Assembly (NCBI GenBank): GCA_913043225.1
Contig: CAJWLU010000001.1
Span: 224,001 to 288,000 of the forward strand
Direction: 5' to 3'
DNA length: 64,000 nucleotides
DNA from: an uncultured Acidobacteriota bacterium
Lineage (GTDB): Bacteria; Acidobacteriota; Vicinamibacteria; Vicinamibacterales; UBA8438
In this document: positions 8,846 through 18,417 of the stretch, piece after piece
Position numbering within the stretch: the stretch's first letter is position 1
Layout: every line of letters begins with the position of its first letter
Made by a program: the position numbers and the translations under genes
Notes under the pieces: model-generated
Databases searched by the model: none
What the model was told of the DNA's origin: nothing
Seen by the model: only the letters and a program-made list of their open reading frames with translations

Positions 8846-10000
8846 ATGCAGTATCGGCGCGTTCGTCTCCTGTTGACCGGCGTGATCGCCGGTTTTGTTG
8901 TCTTCGGCCCCCTCGACGCGCTGGGACAGGATGCCGCGCAGGCTCGCACCGAGCTCGTCCTCAGCGGCCGTACCATCTCGATCGAGTACGACTCCACGCT
9001 CAGCGCGGCCGTCGCGGCACACCAGGCCGTGCTCGACGCGTCGGCTGGTGAGCAGGCCAAGATCAAGATCGGCCAGCTCGAAGGACATCGCGCGCTCCGA
9101 ATCGGTCCCCTGGGGGCTGAACCCGGAAGCTCCCCCCGCAGGGGACCGCGTCACGAGCTGTGGCTGAGTCGGACCGGCACCGCCTGGGTTCTGGACGCTC
9201 GCCCCATTTCGGACGAGGGCGATCTCGCGACGACCGAGGACAACGACCCACCCCCGCCTCGGGTGCAGGCCCAGATTCCGCTCACTCACGTAGTGCGCCC
9301 TGACGAGACATCGGACACCCCGCTCGTGGCGTTGATGCCCTACGGTGATGGCCGAGGCGAAATCACGCTCCAGTGGGGAGGGCACTACTGGTATACCGGC
9401 TTCGAGTTCATCGAGCTCGCGGCCACCCCGCGCCCCGAACGGACCTCGAACGTCGGACGGGCCACGTTGCTCACCCGTGACTCCGACACCAGTGGCCGAT
9501 GGCGGGCCACCAGGCGCAGCACCCGCAACGAGACGGTCCTAGCCCGGCCGACCGGCGAAACAATCGAAGTCTGGTTCCAGAAGGAAATGGGTACCGATCA
9601 CCGCGACTTCGCGGGCCTAGAATCGGTGGCCGACGGCGAGGTTGTTCTGCTGTCCGGCGCCGCGGCCCTGCGCCTACGGAGCGAGGTACCTCTGCGCGCC
9701 GGTGACACGTCTATACCAACCGACAATCTCGTGCCCGACTTCCCCGGTTCCTACTCGCTGTGGCTGAAGGCGGTCGGGAACGGATGGCATCTCGTCTTCA
9801 ACAACGAACCCGACTCATGGGGCTCACAGCACGACCCGGCCTTCGACGCGGGCGAAGTCGAACTCACCCACGTGCACGGCGGTCCGAACACCGAGCGCCC
9901 CCTCCAAGTCTCCCTCGTTCCCCGGCGGCCAGGTGAGATCGGCATGGTAATCCACTGGGGCCAGCACACCTGGTCGGCCGACTTCACGATCGAGCGCTGA
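8846..10000 (+). CDS. Secreted protein with two DUF2911-like domains
   Basis: Signal peptide; second half YSLWLK...WHLVFNNEPDSWGSQHDPAFD...IHWGQHTW; similar degenerate first half (HELWLS...AWVL...LQWGGHYW). Confidence 0.6.
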   Translation: MQYRRVRLLLTGVIAGFVVFGPLDALGQDAAQARTELVLSGRTISIEYDSTLSAAVAAHQAVLDASAGEQAKIKIGQLEGHRALRIGPLGAEPGSSPRRGPRHELWLSRTGTAWVLDARPISDEGDLATTEDNDPPPPRVQAQIPLTHVVRPDETSDTPLVALMPYGDGRGEITLQWGGHYWYTGFEFIELAATPRPERTSNVGRATLLTRDSDTSGRWRATRRSTRNETVLARPTGETIEVWFQKEMGTDHRDFAGLESVADGEVVLLSGAAALRLRSEVPLRAGDTSIPTDNLVPDFPGSYSLWLKAVGNGWHLVFNNEPDSWGSQHDPAFDAGEVELTHVHGGPNTERPLQVSLVPRRPGEIGMVIHWGQHTWSADFTIER

Positions 10001-10049
10001 ACCCGGACCCCACCGCCCTACTGCAACCCACCGCAACGGTGCGCCGCGG

Positions 10050-10058
10050 TGCTATGCT
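10050..10058 (+). promoter_or_regulatory. Candidate extended -10 element
   Basis: TGCTATGCT upstream of SD AGGAGG (10072-10077). Confidence 0.45.
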
Positions 10059-10082
10059 CACGGCGATCGACAGGAGGTGTCC

Positions 10083-11060
10083 GTGATTATTCGCATCCTC
10101 GCGCTGGCCACATTGACGAGCCTACTGCTTGGGCCCGTGGCGGCCTTCAGCCAACCATCGAACTGGAATCCGCCAGAGACCCCCTGGGGCGACCCCGATC
10201 TGCAAGGGGTCTGGACGAACGCCACACTGACCCCAGTGGAACGCCCCGACGCGATGGTAGACAAATCGGTGTTGACCGCCGAAGAAGCCGCGGACTTCGA
10301 GACGCAGTCGGCGGAGCAGCGGGCAGCTTCAGATCGCTTCATCCTCGGCAACGTGGGGGCTTACAACCAGTTCTGGATGGATGGAGGGAAGAACGTGACC
10401 GGCGACCGCCGGACGGCGCTCATCACAGAACCGCCCGACGGCCGCATCCCCTGGACCGAGGCGGGCCAGCGGCGTCTGGACAGCGACCTAGCCCGCTACG
10501 GTGTCGGGCCGTTCGACACGTATGTCGACGCCGATACTGGAGAGCGCTGCCTGACCGACGGCCTGCCGTTCGTGCCGCTACAGGGCTACAACATGAACTA
10601 CCAGATCCTGCAGTCGCCTGGGTGGGTAGCCATCATCAACGAGATGTTCCACGAGTTCCGACTGATCCCGGTCGACGGCCGCTCCCATGTGCCCGATCAC
10701 GTGGGCCAGATCCTCGGTGACGCCAGGGGCCGATGGGAGGGCAACACCTTGGTGGTAGAGACCCGGAGCTTCGCCGACAAGCGGCACTTCCTGTGGCGTG
10801 CCACCTGGCGGGCGTCGCGCCCCAACCTGCGTCTAGTCGAGCGGTTTACCCGGGTGAGCGAAGACACGATCGACTACGAGTTCACGATGAGCGACCCCGA
10901 CATGTTCACCCGCCCCTGGACGGCGCTGGTCCCGATGACGACCGACCAGGCGTCGCGCGGCGTCACAAGCGGTCCGCTCTACGAGTACGCCTGTCACGAA
11001 GGCAACTACGGGCTCCTCAACATCATGCGGGGCGCCCGGGTCGAGGAACTGGAGCAGTAG
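10083..11060 (+). CDS. Secreted hypothetical protein, ACHEGN family, copy 1
   Basis: AGGAGG then GTG 10083; signal peptide; TPWGDPDLQGVW, ERCL, GRWEGNTLVVET, LVERFTR, YEYACHEGN. Confidence 0.85.
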   Translation: MIIRILALATLTSLLLGPVAAFSQPSNWNPPETPWGDPDLQGVWTNATLTPVERPDAMVDKSVLTAEEAADFETQSAEQRAASDRFILGNVGAYNQFWMDGGKNVTGDRRTALITEPPDGRIPWTEAGQRRLDSDLARYGVGPFDTYVDADTGERCLTDGLPFVPLQGYNMNYQILQSPGWVAIINEMFHEFRLIPVDGRSHVPDHVGQILGDARGRWEGNTLVVETRSFADKRHFLWRATWRASRPNLRLVERFTRVSEDTIDYEFTMSDPDMFTRPWTALVPMTTDQASRGVTSGPLYEYACHEGNYGLLNIMRGARVEELEQ

Positions 11061-11061
11061 C

Positions 11062-13164
11062 ATGCTGAAGCGAACGCTGTCACTCATCATCGTTGGCATA
11101 CTGCTCACGCCCGCGCTAGGACTAGCACAACCGTGGCAGACCTACGACACGTCGAACGGGGAGTGGCGCAGCTATGCCGGTGACATCGGCGGCAAGAAGT
11201 ACTCGCCGCTCGACCAGATCGACGCGACCAATTTCGCCGACCTGGAGCTGGCCTGGGAGTGGACGTCGGTCGACAACTTCGTGAGCATGACCACCAACGA
11301 CGGCGGTGAATGGTGGGCGCCGCTCGAGACTATCGTCGAAGTTTTGGAGCAGAGGACCCCGAACCTGTATCGCACCGGACACCGGCCAAACCCGAGCGGC
11401 TTCCAGGCGACGCCCTTGATGGTGGAGGGGGTGCTGTACTTCAACACCCCGCTGTCACAAGCGGTCGCCGTGGATGCGACCACGGGCGAGACGCTCTGGG
11501 TGAACAACCCGAAGAGCTACGAGGAAGGCACTACCACCATGACCGGGACCTGGCGCCAACGGGGCGTCGCGTACTGGACCGACGGCGCTGGCGACGATCG
11601 TATCTTCTGGGGAACCGGAAATGGCTATCTCGTCTGCGCCGACGCGCAAACCGGACGCCCCTGCCCGGACTTCGGGCCGACGGGCAACGGCATGGTCGAC
11701 ACCATGGACGGTGTCCCACGGGCCAACCGCGGCGAACGAGACTACCTGAATGCGCTCCTCTGGGGTATTCACTCGCCGCCCATCGTGGTCCGCGATCGGG
11801 TCATCCACGGCTCACACGTGGCAGATCGCCGTGTCACGAAGGAAGCAATCCCCGGGTGGGTACGGGCCTGGGACGTCCGGACCGGTGAGCACGCGTGGGA
11901 CTTTCACACCGTGCCGAACAGCGCCGACGAGTATGGGGCGGACACGTGGCTGAACGAGTCCTGGCGCTACTCCGGCAACGCCAATGTCTGGTCGATGCTG
12001 GCGGGCGACAACGAACTCGGCATGGTCTACCTCCCCACCGGTACCGCGACCAACGACTACTACGGGGCCGACCGATTGGGTGACAACCTCTATTCGGAAA
12101 CTCTGGTCGCGGTCGACGTCGAAACCGGACAGCGCGCCTGGCACTTTCAGGCCGTGCACCACGGGCTCTGGGACTACGACTTCCCCACCCACCCCAACCT
12201 GCTCGACGTCACCGTCGATGGCCGCCCAATCCAGGCCATCGCCCAGGTCAGCAAACAGGGCTGGATCTATGCCTTCGATCGGGTGACCGGAGAACCGATC
12301 TGGCCGATCGAGGAACGACCGGTACCGCAGCACACGAACATGCCGGGTGAGGTTCCCTCGCCAACCCAGCCGTTCCCTACCAAACCGGCGCCCTTCGACT
12401 ACCAGGGCGTCGAGATCGATGACCTGGTGGACTTCACACCCGAGCTGCGTCAGATGGCAATCGAAGCGGTCGCGGGCTTCACCCTTGGACCGCTCTTCAC
12501 GCCGCCGAACCGGCCCGTAGAGGGTGAAACTCGTGGCACCATCATGCGACCGCCCCCGGGGGGAACGGCCGGCTGGGCAGGCGCGGCGGCCGATCCGGAC
12601 ACCGGCATCCTCTACATCCCATCGCGGAACCAGGCCTCGGTGATCGGACTGTACGCGCCGGATCCGGAGATCGGCGCGACGGTCGAATACACCCATGGCG
12701 CGCCGGAGGCGGAGCGGATGGAGATGCTTCGCCAAGGTATCCGGACCGGCCCCCAGATGCCACAGGGCCTGCCCCTGCTCAAGCCGCCCTACTCCCGTAT
12801 GTCCGCGCTCGACATGAACACCGGAGAGTACAACTGGGTGATCCCGACCGGCAACGGCGACCGCTATCGCCGGCACCCGATGCTTCGAGACCTGGACCTT
12901 CCGCCTCTGGGCGGTGACAACGGGACGAACGGTCCCGTGCTGACCAAGACCCTGCTTATCTACTGCCTCACGACCGGCAGCTCAAGCGGCGGGCCGAGGA
13001 TGGTGGCCTACGACAAGGACAACGGTGAAGAGCTTGCCGCGGTGGACCTGCCGGCGGGCGCCATCGGCACGCCAATGACTTACATGGTGGACGGAAGGCA
13101 ATACATCGCCCTGACGATCGGTGGCGGTCCCCGCCTGGTAGCCTTCGCGCTGCCAGAATCCTAA
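11062..13164 (+). CDS. PQQ-dependent dehydrogenase, glucose/quinate dehydrogenase-like, no N-terminal multi-TM anchor
   Basis: EWRSYAGD...YSPLDQI, QATPLMVEG, ANVWSM, AVHHGLWDYDFP, PSPTQPFP, KPPYSR, GTPMTYMVDGRQYI; signal peptide. Confidence 0.9.
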   Translation: MLKRTLSLIIVGILLTPALGLAQPWQTYDTSNGEWRSYAGDIGGKKYSPLDQIDATNFADLELAWEWTSVDNFVSMTTNDGGEWWAPLETIVEVLEQRTPNLYRTGHRPNPSGFQATPLMVEGVLYFNTPLSQAVAVDATTGETLWVNNPKSYEEGTTTMTGTWRQRGVAYWTDGAGDDRIFWGTGNGYLVCADAQTGRPCPDFGPTGNGMVDTMDGVPRANRGERDYLNALLWGIHSPPIVVRDRVIHGSHVADRRVTKEAIPGWVRAWDVRTGEHAWDFHTVPNSADEYGADTWLNESWRYSGNANVWSMLAGDNELGMVYLPTGTATNDYYGADRLGDNLYSETLVAVDVETGQRAWHFQAVHHGLWDYDFPTHPNLLDVTVDGRPIQAIAQVSKQGWIYAFDRVTGEPIWPIEERPVPQHTNMPGEVPSPTQPFPTKPAPFDYQGVEIDDLVDFTPELRQMAIEAVAGFTLGPLFTPPNRPVEGETRGTIMRPPPGGTAGWAGAAADPDTGILYIPSRNQASVIGLYAPDPEIGATVEYTHGAPEAERMEMLRQGIRTGPQMPQGLPLLKPPYSRMSALDMNTGEYNWVIPTGNGDRYRRHPMLRDLDLPPLGGDNGTNGPVLTKTLLIYCLTTGSSSGGPRMVAYDKDNGEELAAVDLPAGAIGTPMTYMVDGRQYIALTIGGGPRLVAFALPES

Positions 13165-13290
13165 GGCGCGGACCACTCACTTTAGGCTGGAGGCCTACGC
13201 CTCTATCCTCGCCTGTACAACACCGATGATCACATCCGGCGCGCCCGTGTATGCGTCACGGGAGCTTTGGCCTGACTGAGTCGTCTAGCG

Positions 13291-14298
13291 TCAGCACTGA
13301 CGATCTTCGAGGCGGGCGGTCCGCAGCATCCCCTCCATAGAGACGTTGCCTTCGTGGCACGCGAACTCATAGAGCGGCTGCTCACGGCGGACGAGTGGAA
13401 ACTCGGCCGCCCAAGCCGCCGCCCACGTGGATGGGTCACGCACCTCGATCCGGTAATGCAGGGTGTCTGGTCCTGTCCGGGTAAAGCGCTCAACCAACTG
13501 GAGCCCCTCCGCCGAGCCCCGGAAGTAGCTGTTGGGTGAGAAGTTCGACGACTCCACTACCAGCGTATCGTCTTCCCACCGCCCTCGGGAGCTGCCGTTC
13601 CACTGGCGGATAGAGTGGGGTAACCTGGGGCGCCCGTCGAGCGGAATCAACCGGGCATCGTGGAACGCCTCGCTAATGAATGCTACGTGGTCTGGCGTCT
13701 GGATCAGCTGGTAGAACGTGTACGGACCAGCTCCGAAATTCCCGCCCAGTCGAGGAACTCCAGTGGTCACACAGCGATGGAAGCTGTTCAGGTCCTCGGG
13801 GCCAGTCTTCAGCTCCCAGCCGACATCGACCGCGCGTGTCCGAGCCTGGCCGGCTTCGGTCATGGCGGGAATATGGCCATTGGCTGGCTCGATCACGAGC
13901 GACGTCCGGTTGATGAACTGGAGGTCAACCATCCCGATCGAGCTGCTGGTCGACGAGGCGCCCTCGTAGACGTCGATGTCGCGCAGCGCGGCTCTGAATG
14001 CACCTTCCGGCGTGGTGAACGCGCTCCGTCCGTCAGCGAAGATCCGCTCGGCTCTCGCCTGGAGACCGGCCACCTCCGCGTCGGTGAACTCGACACGATC
14101 AGCCAGGTCTGCAGGGCGCTCGACCGGCGCCGCAGTGTTGCTCAACCAGACGCCCTGCAGATCCGGTCGACCGTTGGCCAGCCTAGGCGGCCCCCAGTCA
14201 TCAACGGCGCTCGATTGCGCCCACGCCACACTCCCGGCACCCATAACGACGAGGGCCGGCACCACGCTAGACCAGACCGCGATTCGTCTTAGACCCAT
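13291..14298 (-). CDS. Secreted hypothetical protein, ACHEGN family, copy 2
   Basis: SD AAGGAG before ATG 14298; GRPDLQGVW, HRCV, GRWEDDTLVVES, LVERFTR, YEFACHEGN. Confidence 0.85.
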   Translation of the reverse strand: MGLRRIAVWSSVVPALVVMGAGSVAWAQSSAVDDWGPPRLANGRPDLQGVWLSNTAAPVERPADLADRVEFTDAEVAGLQARAERIFADGRSAFTTPEGAFRAALRDIDVYEGASSTSSSIGMVDLQFINRTSLVIEPANGHIPAMTEAGQARTRAVDVGWELKTGPEDLNSFHRCVTTGVPRLGGNFGAGPYTFYQLIQTPDHVAFISEAFHDARLIPLDGRPRLPHSIRQWNGSSRGRWEDDTLVVESSNFSPNSYFRGSAEGLQLVERFTRTGPDTLHYRIEVRDPSTWAAAWAAEFPLVRREQPLYEFACHEGNVSMEGMLRTARLEDRQC

Positions 14299-14309
14299 AG
14301 CGCTCCTTC

Positions 14310-16061
14310 TCACTCCGGTAGCGCAAACACGAACAGGTTGTTACCGAAACTCGGGCGCAACTCGGGTGTCATGGCGGCGAACATCGTCGCGGTCCCCGCC
14401 GTCCCAACGCTAGCCGCGATGTACTGCTTGCCGTCGACCTCAAAGCTGATGGGGAAACCGGTGACGGGGGATCCCAGGTTGATTTCCCACAACACCTCGC
14501 CGGTCTCCTGATCCATGGCTCGGAAGCGACCATTGACGTCGCCGCCGAACACCAGCCCGCCACCGGTGGCCACGAGCGAGGTGGTCGCGGCCCGCTGCTG
14601 CCGGACCCAGGGAGAGCTCCCTGTTTCGACCGATACTGCATGGACTGATCCAAGCTGGTCGGTGCCAGGGGCCAGCTGATGCCTCAATGCCAGGGCGTAG
14701 AGCGGCTGCTCCGTGGTCGCCGTCATTCGAGCACACGTGTTGCGCAACGGAAAATACATCGTGTTAGTCAGCGGACTGTACGCGCCCGCTTCCCAATCTT
14801 TTCCGCCGTTCCAGGTCGGACAGGTCAGCACCTCCTGGCCTTCCCGCGTGAACACGAGCTCGGCGTTCTCGGTCACCGCACCGGTGGCGCCATCGATCTC
14901 ACTGACTACATTCTGCGCGATGGTCGTCGTGGCCCACAAAAACTCGCCGGTCTCCCGATCTAGGGTGTAGACGATGCCGGTCTTCCCGGGAATACCGGTC
15001 ATGACGTTACGAGTTTCGCCAGGGCGCAAGCGCGGGTTGATCCAGTTGACGACATCGGGGTCCGGCGTCATAACGCTGTCGACCAGGATTCGTTCGAACG
15101 GATGGTCGAGATCCCAGTGGTCGTTCAGATGCTGGTAATACCAGACGACCTCGCCAGTGTCGACGTCGAGGGCAAGCGTGCAGTTGTGGTACAGGTAGTC
15201 GTGGTCAGGCCCGTCGAGCAGAAACTTCGGCGCCGGGGACGTCACGGACGTGCCGATATACACGAGGTTCAGCTCCGGGTCATAACTGGGCACCATCCAG
15301 GCGCCCACGTGGCGCCGTTCTTCGTACGGCACCTCACCCCAGCTATCGTAGCCAGGCTCGCCGGGTCGCGGGATGACCTGCCGTCTCCAGATCTCCTCCC
15401 CGGTGAGCGCATCGTGGGCCACGATGACGCACGCCTCTGGCCCTCCACGCGGCATGCAGCTGCGTCCGGAGATCACCTTGCCGTCGGCCACAATCGGCCC
15501 TGAGCTCTGAGTCGCAGGATGGGTACGAAAGTCGAGAATCTGGGTATCCCACACCACGTCGCCTGTCTTCGCATCGAGAGCAAAGACATGGTCGTCCATG
15601 CTGGTGTCGATGATCAGCGTGTCGTAGATGGCGATATTGCGGTTGTTGGTCGAGTGCCCGGCGAAGACGTGCCTCGCAATGTCTTCCGGCACCTCCCGTC
15701 GATGCTCCCAGAGCAGGTCCCCGGTCACCGCGTCGATCGCCTGGATGACATCACGAGGATTGGGCATGAAGAGAACCCCGCCGTAGGCGATTGGGGTGCC
15801 CTCCTGGCTGCCCTCGGTCAACGCACGGGTCCAGACCATCCGCAGGTCGGCGACATTGTCACGCGTGACCTGATCAAGCGGGCTATACCCCCACCCATCG
15901 AGCGTCCGACGCCACATGAGCCAGTCGCCCGGCGCCGGCTGTTCGAGCATGGCATCGGTTACCGGCACCAGCTCGTCTAGCGGCTGCGCGGACCCAGTTG
16001 TCGCAAGACCAAGGGTTGACAGCACACCCAGCCAGATCGCCACCATCGCACATCGTGTCAT
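14310..16061 (-). CDS. PQQ-dependent dehydrogenase, divergent alcohol dehydrogenase-like
   Basis: VTDAML, DWLMWRRTLDGWGYSPLDQV, QEGTPI, WYYQHLNDHWDLDHPFE, GKTGIVYTLDRETGEFL, GFPISFEVDGKQYIA, VFALP. Start placed at the signal peptide MTRCAMVAIW. Confidence 0.88.
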   Translation of the reverse strand: MTRCAMVAIWLGVLSTLGLATTGSAQPLDELVPVTDAMLEQPAPGDWLMWRRTLDGWGYSPLDQVTRDNVADLRMVWTRALTEGSQEGTPIAYGGVLFMPNPRDVIQAIDAVTGDLLWEHRREVPEDIARHVFAGHSTNNRNIAIYDTLIIDTSMDDHVFALDAKTGDVVWDTQILDFRTHPATQSSGPIVADGKVISGRSCMPRGGPEACVIVAHDALTGEEIWRRQVIPRPGEPGYDSWGEVPYEERRHVGAWMVPSYDPELNLVYIGTSVTSPAPKFLLDGPDHDYLYHNCTLALDVDTGEVVWYYQHLNDHWDLDHPFERILVDSVMTPDPDVVNWINPRLRPGETRNVMTGIPGKTGIVYTLDRETGEFLWATTTIAQNVVSEIDGATGAVTENAELVFTREGQEVLTCPTWNGGKDWEAGAYSPLTNTMYFPLRNTCARMTATTEQPLYALALRHQLAPGTDQLGSVHAVSVETGSSPWVRQQRAATTSLVATGGGLVFGGDVNGRFRAMDQETGEVLWEINLGSPVTGFPISFEVDGKQYIAASVGTAGTATMFAAMTPELRPSFGNNLFVFALPE

Positions 16062-16572
16062 GACGGGACCAATTCTATCGCCCAGACGACCGCCGGCGAA
16101 CAACCGCCCCTGGGGCTCTCAGGAGAGACGATAGTACGCGGCGCGGCCACCGCTCGACCCGGTGGGGGTCCTCCTGGTTGGGGACAAGAAAAACGTTCCT
16201 ACCGTATGACGACCAATCGCCGAGACAAACGGGCCACTTCCTGTCGATCAAACCATATAGGTTAAGGGCCCAACGACGAGGATCGGGACAACGTCCGCCG
16301 TGAAGACGAGCTGTAAGATGATGACCATCCAACAGAGAGACGGAAACCTACAAAGCAAACTGCGGAGATCGGATGCTATGCCCTGAGTCTGGTGGCTCCG
16401 AGGACAGTGCCGCCGGTCGGCAGTGGCAATGGCTTCATCGGCAGCGATCTGAACAGCGACCCGCCAGTCAAGAGTAGCTACACAGTCGTCAGCCGGACGG
16501 CGGGTGCGGTGGCCGCGAAAGGACTGCCTCTTGTATGACGTTGCGGCCTGCGCCAGCGGCCTGCAGTAACAA

Positions 16573-18279
16573 CTAATCTGGGAGCGCGAACACGAAGATC
16601 GCATTCCCGGCTCGGGGATTCTTCAACTCGGGCAACAGCGCCGCCGGAAGAATGGTGGTCCAGCTGGAGCCGCCAAGCGGCCCACCAGCTCCGAACGCGA
16701 TGTATTGCTTCCCGTCGACCGCGTAGCTGATCGGGTAGCCGTTGGCCATCTGGGTGAGCCGGCTCTGCCACAGCTCATCGCCACTCTCGACATCGTAGGC
16801 GAAAACGTAGCGCTCCCAGTCGCCGACAAAGACCAGCCCACCGGCGGTCGTGAGGGCGGCCGTGTTGTAAGGGGCCCGTCGACGGTGCTTCCACTTCGTC
16901 TCACCGGTGCGGATGTCAAGGGCTTGGAACTCGCCCAGCTGCCCCGGCGCATCCGGATGGAAATGGTCTTCGCGCCCACGAACGCCACCGGCTCCGCCGC
17001 CACCCAGGCCCTGCTCCACCGGCAGGAACGCGGCGGTTTCGCAGTTGAGATTCAGTGGGATATACATCGCGCCGGTATCCGGATGGTAGGACATCGCGCG
17101 CAGGCTCTTGAAGCCACCAGTGCTAGGGCAGAAGTAGAGCATCTCGCCGACGTCCGACACCATACCTTCCCTGTAGGTCAAGCTGCCGGTTACCGGATCG
17201 AGGTCGACAAGGTTCTGATAGCCGAGATCAAACGCGTTGGTATAGGACCCGTTCTCGCGATCAAGCTCCCAGAGGATGCCGAGCTTACCCATCGAGAAGA
17301 CCGACTGCTTCCCGTCGTAATCGATCAGGATACGCTCGAAGGTTTCGTCCATGTCGTGACTGTCGCCTGGGATGTGCTGGAAATACCACTGCATCTCGCC
17401 GGTGGCCGGATCGAGGGCCAAGGTTGAGTTGCTGTACAACGCATCGCCTTCGGTTCCTCGAGCGTCACGCGACCACGGCTTGGCCTGTGCCGTGCCGTAG
17501 AACACCAGCCCGGTGGCCGGATCGTAGCTACCGGGAATCCAGGCGTCGGCGCCGGCACGGGTCAGCAGCGGCAGGTCGCCCCAGGTATCGCCCCCACGCT
17601 CCCCGGGCCGTGCGATGGTCGAGGTTCGCCACAACACATCCCCCGTGCGCGCGTCGATCCCTACGATGTAGCAGGTGTCCTCCCGAAACCGCTCGCACCC
17701 TCGCAGCCCCGAAACGATCACGCCGTCAGCCACCACGCCACCGCTGGTAAAACCGTAGCCTTCTTCCTCTGGAGGCGCGGCCTTGGTGATCCATCGCTCG
17801 GCCCCGGTCCGTACATCGATGCCCACCACGTGCGCATCGACCGTGTTCAGCAGGACGAGGTTCTCGTAAATGGCGAGACTCCGCGTCTGCGCCGCCGGCC
17901 GGCGACGCTCGTCCATTTCATACCGGTACTCCCAGATGAAATCGCCGGTCGCCGCGTCGAGTGCCTGCACCACGTTGCCGGGATTGGCGATGAACATAAC
18001 CCCGTCGTGCACGAGCGGCGTGGTCTGTGAGATGCCCGCCTCGAGTCCCCACGACCAGGCCAGCTGTATGTTGCCGACATTGCCGGTATCGATCTCCTCG
18101 AGTGGGCTGTAGCCCCAGCCGTCCAACGTGCGACGCCAACTCAGCCAGTCGCCGTCGCCTGGATTCTCTAGCATCGCCTCGGTGACCGGAGACACGTCGG
18201 CCTCCTGGGCAGTGACGGGGATGGCCACGAGAATGGCGGCGACGGCCGCGATGCACACACGGCAGCTGAGACGAAACAT
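16573..18279 (-). CDS. PQQ-dependent dehydrogenase, divergent alcohol dehydrogenase-like
   Basis: SD GGAGGT before ATG 18279; DWLSWRRTLDGWGYSPL, SQTTPLV, WYFQHIPGDSHDMDETFE, GYPISYAVDGKQYIA, VFALP. Confidence 0.88.
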   Translation of the reverse strand: MFRLSCRVCIAAVAAILVAIPVTAQEADVSPVTEAMLENPGDGDWLSWRRTLDGWGYSPLEEIDTGNVGNIQLAWSWGLEAGISQTTPLVHDGVMFIANPGNVVQALDAATGDFIWEYRYEMDERRRPAAQTRSLAIYENLVLLNTVDAHVVGIDVRTGAERWITKAAPPEEEGYGFTSGGVVADGVIVSGLRGCERFREDTCYIVGIDARTGDVLWRTSTIARPGERGGDTWGDLPLLTRAGADAWIPGSYDPATGLVFYGTAQAKPWSRDARGTEGDALYSNSTLALDPATGEMQWYFQHIPGDSHDMDETFERILIDYDGKQSVFSMGKLGILWELDRENGSYTNAFDLGYQNLVDLDPVTGSLTYREGMVSDVGEMLYFCPSTGGFKSLRAMSYHPDTGAMYIPLNLNCETAAFLPVEQGLGGGGAGGVRGREDHFHPDAPGQLGEFQALDIRTGETKWKHRRRAPYNTAALTTAGGLVFVGDWERYVFAYDVESGDELWQSRLTQMANGYPISYAVDGKQYIAFGAGGPLGGSSWTTILPAALLPELKNPRAGNAIFVFALPD

Positions 18280-18417
18280 GCTGAACCTCCCTAAGTATCG
18301 AAAGCGTGCCCGAATTGTAGCCTGTTCAGCCGACGGACTCACTGAGGACGGGAACGAGCGCCGCGACGGCCCAGACTGTACTCAGGAGAGGTGACGAGGA
18401 TCGTCGGCAAAGGTCGC

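Noticed and set aside
12157..12183. WDYD motif in the GDH-like enzyme as a lanthanide signature
   Set aside because: HH.LWDxD is standard in glucose/quinate dehydrogenases, so it is not diagnostic here.
16350..16430. GCAAAC...GATGCTATGCC loosely resembling a c-di-GMP-I riboswitch
   Set aside because: No GAAA tetraloop stem or GACGCAAAGC core, and it is antisense to the flanking genes.
10001..18417. Search for a PqqA-like (ExxxY) precursor near the PQQ genes
   Set aside because: No suitable short ORF seen in the intergenic gaps I translated, and no pqqB-E genes in the window.
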